A stretch of DNA of 32,000 bases, taken from contig NC_010296.1 of assembly GCF_000010625.1 (NCBI RefSeq), positions 4,380,001 through 4,412,000 of the forward strand, given 5' to 3'. Of the stretch, positions 1-7,015 are shown one piece after another (position 1 is the first letter of the stretch; each line of letters opens with the position of its first letter). Position numbers and translations under genes: made by a program. The DNA comes from Microcystis aeruginosa NIES-843. GTDB taxonomy: Bacteria > Cyanobacteriota > Cyanobacteriia > Cyanobacteriales > Microcystaceae. The notes below the pieces were generated by a model, which saw nothing but the letters and a program-made list of their open reading frames with translations, was not told where the DNA came from and searched no databases.

Positions 1-1
1 A

Positions 2-316
2 CCGAAGAATCGCAGGGCTGAAATAAAAAAACAAGCTCAAGAGGACGAGAGTTTTCGCAATGCAATAGAAGGGAAATTCGGACAAGCTAAGAGAAGATTT
101 GGTTTAAATCTGTGCATGACAAAACTACCTGAAACTTCAGAAACGTCCATTGCTCTTACCTTTTTGGTTGTCAATCTTTCCCGACTGCTTCGGCAGTTTT
201 TTGGGCTTTTTTTGTCTTTCTGGCTTTTTCGGCGAACAAATGAACTAAGATGCCGCCAACGCTTTAACAAAAATTATGTTAAAAGTTATTTTACTCAAGT
301 AAAACTTATCAGTTGA
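2..316 (+). CDS. DDE transposase, C-terminal part (5' end outside window)
   Basis: Frame 2 is open from base 2 to the TGA at 314-316; track ORF 116..316 is only its tail. Translation ...FRNAIEGKFGQAKRRFGLNLCMTKLPETSETSIALTFLVVNLSRLL resembles the conserved C-terminal block of IS4/IS5-superfamily DDE transposases. Family not resolved. Confidence 0.55.
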   Translation, partial: PKNRRAEIKKQAQEDESFRNAIEGKFGQAKRRFGLNLCMTKLPETSETSIALTFLVVNLSRLLRQFFGLFLSFWLFRRTNELRCRQRFNKNYVKSYFTQVKLIS

Positions 317-363
317 ACGACAAATTATTGGCACTCAATAGCATAATTCTTTGAGCGACTTTT

Positions 364-1264
364 TCAGCAAGCCCTAATTACGAAAGTTCCAGGATTTACA
401 CTTAGTAGAGTTGCAGCAATCGCTAAAACTCTCAGAGTACCATCGGACAACAAAGGAGCATCTATCTGATGTTCTTTGTTCCCAAAAGACTCTATTAGTT
501 TCACCATAACATCCTTGCGGTCTGTAATGATAAAGCGAATATCGGTAATATCCTGTTCTGGTAATGAACGAATGAAGTCAAGCAACTTGTTTTTTTGAGT
601 CTCTCCCTGCTGACAAACTGCGTAAAGAACACTAGAAAGGTTAGAGCCATCTTCTTTAATATCATCATATTTAGCGTAAGCATAATCCCGCATTACTGCT
701 GGACGAGGATCAAGAAAGACAATATTTCTCAAGGTTTCTCGAATTACTTTAGTAACTGCTGGAATAATTTTTTGTGATTGAGTATGAGTTTGCTGGAACC
801 GACTGGGAGTTTCCAATTGATAAAAAATGGCTTGTCGGTTAGAGCAAGGTATGTGGGGCTTATTTCCACCTGTCTTAAAATTGTTATACATCACCCTAAT
901 TTCATCGGTGTGTGAGTTGGGAGCGCATCAATTTTGTAAAGTATTAATTCCTGATCTTTACTAGCTTTACTGACACTTTCTCCGCTGATAATAAGTTGGT
1001 CTGATAATAGCCCAATCTCAATCTCGAAATCAGTCCAACCGTCAGGAGCGTTATCAATGTGTGTTCCCAAGGTAAAATACTGTTTTTCTGCACTGAAAAG
1101 ATCGATCGCTTGTCCACGGGCAATTGCATTACCGCTTTGAATGTTGCGTTCAATGTCATCTAACCTGCTGCCTTTCGCTAACCACGAAAGTAAGCGAATT
1201 GCTTCTAGTGCATTACTTTTTCCTGACGCATTAGCACCGATTAAAAAGGTGATGGGTGCTAGAG
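364..1264 (-). pseudogene. ABC/AAA_21-like ATPase, disrupted (frameshifted, IS-interrupted, 3'-truncated)
   Basis: Track ORFs 891..1271 and 364..894 are two frames of one gene. The N-part ITFLIGANASGKSNALEAIRLL carries a Walker A. The C-part DAPLLSDGTLRVLAIAATLL is ABC-signature-like. Lesions: a frameshift near 895-960, the 5' end severed by the IS at 1265, and no Walker B (ends ...SVNPGTFVIRAC*) next to the transposase tail at 2..316. Confidence 0.75.
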
Positions 1265-3252
1265 CCCGCATTTCTCACAAAAAGTACGATCACCAACCCC
1301 CGAAGCCTTACAAAATCTGGGTTTTGACTGGGTGATCGCCTTGTAGCAAAAACGACAGTGTGTTGTTAGGATTCAACTTAAGCTCATCATCAATTAGACC
1401 TTGAAAAAAGAACAAATTTAAAATGCGTATTTTTAGGTTAATTAGTTGATAAAGTCTCAATTTTAAGTAGAGAATGAAGTCAAAAGCTTGCTATAATTTA
1501 ATCATTAAAACTATTTAAAGTATGTCAAGTTTATGACTCCTAGTTCAGACCAGTCTCGACTCAATCAATTAAATTTTGGAAACCTCAATGGAAGACAAGT
1601 AATCGCTAATTTTGAGGGAGAAAAAATCACCTCAGATGCAGGAATTATTTTGATGGCAGAGTTAGACCAAAAGCTAAAAATAACGGCTCGGTTTGCCGAA
1701 TGTTTTCGAGATTATCGAAATTCATCCTATCTAGATTATTCAGTTCATGAACTACTCGCACAAAGAGTTTATGGGATAGTTTTGGGATATGAGGATGTCA
1801 ATGATCATGATAAATTACGTCATGCTCCAGCTTTAGCAATAGCATTGAAAAAACTAAATTTTATTGACTCAGCCCAAGCAAATTTAGCGGGAAAAAGTAC
1901 AATTAATCGACTAGAATATTGTCCGGAAACAGTCATCAATCAAGAGAACAGTCGTTACCATAAAATCGAGCCTAACCCCAAAGAAATTGAAAAAGCTTTT
2001 GTGGACATCTTTCTAGAATCCTACAAAAAGCCACCGAAACCAATTATTTTAGACATGGATGTCACCGATGACCAAGTGCATGGAAATCAAGAGGGAGCGT
2101 TTTTCAATACTTATTATAAAGGAGTGTGTTATGCTCCTTTGTATATTTTCTGTGAGCATCATTTATTAGTAGCTAAACTCCGGTCTTCTCATGTAGATAC
2201 TGCTGGGGGAGCATTAGAAGAATTGCAGCGAATAATCGGTATAATTCGAGAAAAATGGTCAGATACGCAGATATTAGTACGAGGAGATAGTGCCTATTCC
2301 CGTGAAGATATCATGAAATTTTGCGAAAGTCAAGCAGGAGTTGATTATGTTTTAGCAATGGCAACGAATAGTCAATTAAAATTACGAGCGACCGATGTAA
2401 TTGAGAAAGCTAAGGCAGATTACGAGCAAAGACTTCAGCCAGTTACTGAATTAATGGAGACGTTATTTTCTCCCGATGAAGAGTTAGGAGAATTGGCGAA
2501 ATTGGTACCAGAATCGACTTGGTATCGTTCCCTATGTTATCAAACCCAAAAATCCTGGAGCCGTTCAAGAAGAGTGGTGACAAAAGTTTGTCCTGGTAGT
2601 GAGGGCGTAAAAATTCGCCACGTTGTGACTTCTTTACCTGCATCAAAGATTCCCCCATCTAAACTTTACACTGAAAAATATTGCCCCAGAGGTGAGAGGT
2701 CAAATCGAATTAAAGAGCAACAATTAGACTTATTTGCTGACCGGAATTCGACACAGACATTTGAGAGTAATCAATTAAGACTTTGGTTGTCATCAATGGC
2801 TTATGTTTTAATGCAAGCTTTTCGTCAAAATTGTTTGGCTAAAACTTCTTTTGCCAAAGCGACAGTGGGAACAATTCGCCTTAATTTCCTTAAATTAGGA
2901 GCTAGAATTACTGTTAGTGTCAGAAGAATTTTAATCGCAATTGCCAGTTCTTGTCCCTATCAAGATATTTTAGCGATAGCTTACTCTAGAATTCAAGCGA
3001 TAGCGGGAACTGGATAAGTTGAAGAGTTTTCAAAGATCATTAAATAGTCTTAAAAATGGCTGCTTATAAATTCAGCTAACTTTGTCGTGAACATTTTCCC
3101 TAATTGACGGAATTTTTCCAGTAATTCAGGAATTTTTTGATTAGTTTAGTCAGATTATTCCTTGATAACTAAGCGGGTTTCTCTTATTTTTGAAAAACAC
3201 CAACTTTTAACCTCCAAATTAGGTTCTTAATTCAGTTTGTGAGAAATGCGGG
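1265..3252 (+). mobile_element. IS1380-family insertion sequence, apparently intact (1988 bp)
   Basis: Perfect 17-bp terminal inverted repeats CCCGCATTTCTCACAAA (1265-1281) and TTTGTGAGAAATGCGGG (3236-3252). Flanked by a 5-bp direct repeat TAGAG (1260-1264 and 3253-3257). Removing the IS plus one TAGAG restores the ATPase reading frame; compare the uninterrupted paralog GCTGCTAGAGACAAGG at 5255-5270. Confidence 0.9.
1533..3017 (+). CDS. IS1380-family DDE transposase
   Basis: Intact 494-aa ORF between the IRs. The N-terminal block GEKITSDAGIILMAELDQKLKITARFAECF...LLAQRVYGIVLGYEDVNDHDKLRHAP is the hallmark region of IS1380-family transposases. The 5-bp TSD fits that family. Confidence 0.85.
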   Translation: MTPSSDQSRLNQLNFGNLNGRQVIANFEGEKITSDAGIILMAELDQKLKITARFAECFRDYRNSSYLDYSVHELLAQRVYGIVLGYEDVNDHDKLRHAPALAIALKKLNFIDSAQANLAGKSTINRLEYCPETVINQENSRYHKIEPNPKEIEKAFVDIFLESYKKPPKPIILDMDVTDDQVHGNQEGAFFNTYYKGVCYAPLYIFCEHHLLVAKLRSSHVDTAGGALEELQRIIGIIREKWSDTQILVRGDSAYSREDIMKFCESQAGVDYVLAMATNSQLKLRATDVIEKAKADYEQRLQPVTELMETLFSPDEELGELAKLVPESTWYRSLCYQTQKSWSRSRRVVTKVCPGSEGVKIRHVVTSLPASKIPPSKLYTEKYCPRGERSNRIKEQQLDLFADRNSTQTFESNQLRLWLSSMAYVLMQAFRQNCLAKTSFAKATVGTIRLNFLKLGARITVSVRRILIAIASSCPYQDILAIAYSRIQAIAGTG

Positions 3253-3312
3253 TAGAGACAAGGTTGCCTCCTGATAGCTTTTGAAATTCCGAAGAGTCAC
3301 CGATGTTAACAT
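3253..3312 (-). pseudogene. 5' end of the IS-interrupted ATPase gene
   Basis: The reverse strand reads ATG (3312-3310) MLTSVTLRNFKSYQEATLSL. This joins in frame to APITFLIGANASGKS at 1264 once the IS is removed. It is about 95 percent identical to the paralog start at 5319. Confidence 0.85.
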
Positions 3313-3972
3313 ACTTTTCACCCATTAAATCTTGACTGGTGCAGTTTGAGCATTTGTACTAAAAGTTCCAATACGCAGTTTAAATTCAGCGCAGCTTATA
3401 GACTCTAACAAGTACCGAAAACTAGCACCCATAACCTTGAAAACTCAAACTGTAGGGCAGGGCATATCCGAACAGTATAATCTAGGCTTGGGGAGATAAG
3501 GTCGCTGTTTATTGGCATTAGGGCGGAACCCTTACCCTTACTGCATGGGGCTTCTCAGAAAAAATTGACAAGCCGTTACTGAGTACATTTTCCCTTGAAA
3601 ATGGCTGTACCGTTGACTGTATCTAGAGTAGAGCGATTCTGTGGAGTTGGCTGTATAGTGATCGCTAACCTTATGATCACAGATGATGTCATTAATCTCT
3701 AGAGTAAGCGATTCCCTCTGTAGCCATGTTTTTGCTGGTTTTCTGCCCCGAAACAAGCTATAATGGTGGAAAGGTCAAATTTGAAAATTTTTGCCTCAAA
3801 CCCTATCTGCGTAAAGACTTCAGGATTTTGTGTTCAGTAGCTCATTGGTATTATATGGCTTTAACTCAGGCTCTGTAAGACTTTTAGCCATAGCTAGTAT
3901 TTTTGTACGGGTAAAGTCCAGAGCTAAATGGTTGCCTTTTTTAACTTTTTTATTGATCTCATTAAGCATTTC

Positions 3973-3999
3973 TACTTATTGCAAGGGTGAGATGCTCCC
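3973..3999 (-). repeat. Solo terminal repeat of an unclassified IS family (GGGAGCATCTCAC... end)
   Basis: The reverse complement GGGAGCATCTCACCCTTGCAATAAGTA aligns with ends at 20907 (GGGAGCATCCCAATTTTGCCATAAGTA), 25266 (GGGAGCATCTCACCTTTGCAATGAGCA) and the reverse complement of 25421-25447 (GGGAGCATCTCACTTACGCGATAAGTA). No partner end was recognised in 3313-3972. Confidence 0.6.
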
Positions 4000-4053
4000 T
4001 TATGAAATATGAAACTAGAGGCAAAGTCAAAATTAATAATCGTCTTAATTCCA

Positions 4054-4404
4054 ATGAAATTAAAAGATATTGTCAACAAAGTCAAAATAGATTCTAGAAA
4101 ATTAACCCAATATGCTCTCAATTTAGACAATCCAAAAGGATTAAATAAAGCCATCATGTTTCAACGCCACTTAGGATATACTCAAGATAATTATGAGCCA
4201 CTTCTACAACAAATCGCTAACAAATCCCTTGAAGCAAAAGCTGTTTATCAAAGTACAGATCGACATGGCAAACGCTATCAAGTTGACCTAGAAATTACAG
4301 GAATTGAACCAGGGCAACAAGAAATAGTGAGGACTGGATGGATTGTTGAGCCTGATAGTGATACAGCTAAATTAGTAACTTTATATGTGAGAAAAAGACC
4401 ATGA
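4054..4404 (+). CDS. DUF6883-like protein (putative toxin-antitoxin-type partner)
   Basis: ORF 4009..4404. I prefer the ATG at 4054 (MKLKDIVNK...). The motif SRKLTQYALNLDNPKGLNKAIMFQRHLGY resembles the DUF6883 N-terminal signature. The stop overlaps the next start (ATGA at 4401-4404). Confidence 0.6.
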   Translation: MKLKDIVNKVKIDSRKLTQYALNLDNPKGLNKAIMFQRHLGYTQDNYEPLLQQIANKSLEAKAVYQSTDRHGKRYQVDLEITGIEPGQQEIVRTGWIVEPDSDTAKLVTLYVRKRP

Positions 4405-4709
4405 TTAAACCAGAATTATTTGACCTTGTGGAATTATTAGTTGACTTGCCTGAACATAACTTAATAATGGGAGAACAAGGGACAATTGTTGAAGACTACA
4501 ATGATGGTTGTTACGAAATTGAATTTAGTAATGATCTAGGGGAAACTATCGCCCTTTGTTCTCTCCCAATGCAGCAATTTATTGTCATCTGGAAAGCTCA
4601 GAACAAAACTTGGTTATCTTTAACAGAAAAGCTAACAGCTTTAATCGATAAATTACCCAAAGAAAAGCAACAAAAAGTTTTAGATTTCACCCGCTCTTTG
4701 TATCAATAA
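4401..4709 (+). CDS. DUF4926-like protein
   Basis: 102-aa ORF. FDLVELLVDLPEHNLIMGEQGTIVEDYNDGCYEIEFSNDLGETIALCSLP matches the DUF4926 pattern (D.PE..L..G..GTIV....YEVEF). Translationally coupled to the upstream ORF by a 4-nt overlap. Confidence 0.65.
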   Translation: MIKPELFDLVELLVDLPEHNLIMGEQGTIVEDYNDGCYEIEFSNDLGETIALCSLPMQQFIVIWKAQNKTWLSLTEKLTALIDKLPKEKQQKVLDFTRSLYQ

Positions 4710-4893
4710 AATCGGAAAAATAGGCTATTCCAGAATTGTTATGCAAATAATTAACTTAAAATAAAAGCTAAAATTCATATAGGGAAGGACTTAAGGCACA
4801 AACAAGTTAAGGCCACAAAGATAGACAATAGAGTTAAGATTTGATATAATCGCCAAAAACGAGAGTATTTTACCTATAATAGTTGATAAATTT

Positions 4894-5150
4894 TTGAACC
4901 TAAAAGGAACCTCTATTCAAGGCTATCGACACCTAGAAAATATCGGTATATTTTGACGAATTGAATCAAAAAATAAAAAAGCAACCTGTCCTCGTTGTGG
5001 GTTAGAGAGCGATAAACTACACCAAAATCATCGACATTTAGTCAAAGATTTACCGCTCTCAGGCTAACCAGTGTACCTACAAGTTAATCGTCGTCAATTT
5101 AAGTACGTTAATTGTCAGAAACCCTTTAGCAAAGAGTTAGATTTTGTCGC
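4894..5150 (+). pseudogene. ISL3-family transposase N-terminal fragment
   Basis: One frame reads LNLKGTSIQGYRHLENIGIF*RIESKNKKATCPRCGLESDKLHQNHRHLVKDLPLSG*PVYLQVNRRQFKYVNCQKPFSKELDFV. This is the zinc-finger N-terminus typical of ISL3 transposases, with two in-frame stops. It ends abruptly at the junction with the ATPase fragment. Confidence 0.7.
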
Positions 5151-5319
5151 CAATGTCATCTAACCTGCTGCCTTTTGCTAACCACGAAAGTAAGCGAATT
5201 GCTTCTAGTGCATTACTTTTCCCTGACGCATTAGCACCGATTAAAAAGGTGATGGCTGCTAGAGACAAGGTTGCCTCCTGATAGCTTTTGAAATTCCGAA
5301 GAGTCAGGGATGTTAACAT
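5151..5319 (-). pseudogene. Second copy of the ABC/AAA_21-like ATPase, N-terminal 56 codons only
   Basis: Track ORF 5137..5319 reads MLTSLTLRNFKSYQEATLSLAAITFLIGANASGKSNALEAIRLLSWLAKGSRLDDI. Nucleotide homology to copy 1 (1150-1264 plus 3258-3322) stops at about 5151, where the ISL3 fragment begins. Confidence 0.8.
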
Positions 5320-5766
5320 ACTTTTAAATTAAGGTATTTAAAAACATCTAAAGTAAGGGGATTAAGGTTTTATCAGATTCTTTATTCCAGCTACGGCACA
5401 ACCTAGCCCAGCTAGTGGGACTTAGGCGTTTTCGGTCAGCAAAAAAGGCTCAAACCATTACGGGACAAAGGGTTAACCTCGATTTATGATTTTCCTTGAT
5501 ATATCTGGGTTTCAGCGATTTTGGGCTTCTCGAAGTAAATCCCAAGCGGGGATTGGAGTTGAGGCTTTTCTCGATTTGTTTTTTGTCTAAGTCCCACTAG
5601 ACCCAGTGTAGCACCTCCAAGATAAAGCGTGGGTTGTACGAAAAATCTTATGAACTGATTTTGCACCTCCTTATCAGCTTTATACGTTTTGGCAGCGGTG
5701 GTAGAATCGGGCCAAGATTTAAGCGATCTTTACGCGCAGAAAACGGGTTTCTTCAAGAAACCCGTT

Positions 5767-6720
5767 GGTAATGATTCGGTAGTAGTGGCGTAGCTCTCTT
5801 GCTTACCTGGTATGAATTGTGTAAAATATTTATTAATAAAAATAATTGGCTCGAATCAGTCTTTAAACCTCTAGCTTGATCATGACTTTTCTGATAAATA
5901 TCTTTTTCTGGCTCCTGTCTGGCTTACTGAAATATCAGTCTAGCACCGAACAAAGTACCCCCTTCACCTCCGTTCCCCTGTCCTAATTGTGGTTCTCACC
6001 ATACGATCAAGAATGGTTCTATTCATAATGGAAAACCCAAACGTCAAGGTAAAGAATGTGGTCGTCAGTTGGTGATCAATCCCACTAATAAAACCGTCTC
6101 TGACGAAACCAAACAATTAATTGATAAACTCTTGCTCGAACGAATTTCCTGACGAGGAATTGCTAGAGTAACAGGGGTAAGTTGGTCATGGTTACAAAAT
6201 TATGTCAACAATAAACTGGCGGCTGTCCCCCGTCAAATAAAGGTTTCGGACAAACCAAAAGCCAAAAGGTAAATTGGTTAGAGAATGTGATGAAATGTGG
6301 TCTTTTGTTTTTTCTAAGACGATAAAGGTCTATATTTGGCGGTTAATTGATAGAAATACAAGGAAAATTATTGGTTGCTATGCGCGGAGATAGGAGTCGT
6401 CAATCAGCCAAAAAACTTTGGGCTAGTTTACCAGGTGTTTACCGACAATGTGCAGTTGCTTACACAGACTTTTGGGAGTCATATAAGACAGTAATTCCCA
6501 GTAAACGTCATCGACCAGTCGGGAAAGAAACTGGTCAAACTAATCCTATTGAAAGATTAAATAATACCTTTCGACAAAGGATTTCTCGGTTGGTGAGAGA
6601 GAGTCTATCTTTCTCTAAAAAAATGGAGAATCACGTTGGGGCTGTTTGGTATTTTATCCATGACTACAATGCACACCTGGCAAAGGATTAAGCCGCCATC
6701 ACTACTACAGAATCACCACC
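5767..6720 (+). mobile_element. IS1-family element, degenerate
   Basis: Imperfect terminal inverted repeats: GGTAATGATTCGGTAGTAGTGGCG (5767-) versus the reverse complement of the right end, GGTGGTGATTCTGTAGTAGTGATGGC (-6720). Inside are InsA-like and InsB-like coding remnants. Confidence 0.75.
5931..6691 (+). pseudogene. IS1-family transposase (InsA/InsB-like), inactivated
   Basis: The InsA-like part reads CPNCGSHHTIKNGSIHNGKPKRQGKECGRQL...ERIS*RGIARVTGVSWSWLQNY, with an in-frame TGA. The InsB-like part reads ECDEMWSFVFSKTIKVYIWRLIDRNTRKIIGCYA. A 1-nt frameshift near 6378-6382 then leads into GDRSRQSAKKLWASLP...NPIERLNNTFRQRISRLVRESLSFSKK (track ORF 6347..6691). Confidence 0.8.
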
Positions 6721-6722
6721 TA

Positions 6723-6867
6723 AATCCTTATCTGGCAAGAGACTTAATTGATTAGTTCGCTCTAGAGCAAAAACAATTGATAAAAATCGCCAAATGTCTT
6801 TCTCTATAAGGGTTCCATCCCTTATAACCCCCGTCCATTGCATAACACAAACCGAAGAACCGAATTT
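6723..6867 (+). repeat. 145-bp dispersed repeat, copy A
   Basis: AATCCTTATCTGGCAAGAGACTTAATTGATTAGTTCGCTCTAGAGCAAAAACAATTGA...ACAAACCGAAGAACCGAATTT recurs at 23457-23600 in the same orientation with roughly 90 percent identity. No TIRs and no ORF. It abuts the IS1 right end. Confidence 0.85.
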
Positions 6868-6953
6868 ACCAATGTCAAGGTCGATGATCGCACTAAAATA
6901 AGCTCTCTCAGTGTTAGTTATTATTACCCGTTCGGATCAGCTTAGGAAAAAAC

Positions 6954-6982
6954 TTGAGAAAAGTTTCATATTAGATTATAAT
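6954..6982 (+). promoter_or_regulatory. Sigma70-type promoter of the ATPase/DUF4435 operon
   Basis: TTGAGA (6954-6959), a 17-nt spacer, then TATAAT (6977-6982). This predicts a TSS near 6989-6990 and a UTR of about 27 nt before the ATG at 7016. Confidence 0.6.
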
Positions 6983-7015
6983 TTTCGTTTGAGACTGTTA
7001 TATGAGATTAAAGGT

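Noticed and set aside
3538-4157. ORFs 3538..3756 (minus), 3830..4012 (plus) and 3972..4157 (minus), and the ATG at 4009 as the start of the DUF6883-like gene.
   Set aside because: The first two lie in repeat/IS-end sequence with no protein-like features. The third is antisense to the DUF6883-like gene. The 4009 start would begin inside or next to the IS terminal repeat, so the ATG at 4054 is preferred.
5412-5600. A 14-bp inverted repeat CTAGTGGGACTTAG / CTAAGTCCCACTAG, 161 bp apart, considered as a MITE. ORF 5484..5666 lies within it.
   Set aside because: The complementarity does not extend outward or inward beyond 14 bp, and there is no TSD. The ORF has no recognisable features. A single IR is insufficient to call a mobile element.
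6911-7015. GTG start at 6911 for the ATPase, giving the track's 511-aa version.
   Set aside because: A near-consensus -35/-10 pair (6954-6982) lies inside this extension. The conserved ATPase N-terminus begins at MSRFIKRLEAIGIHG (ATG 7016).
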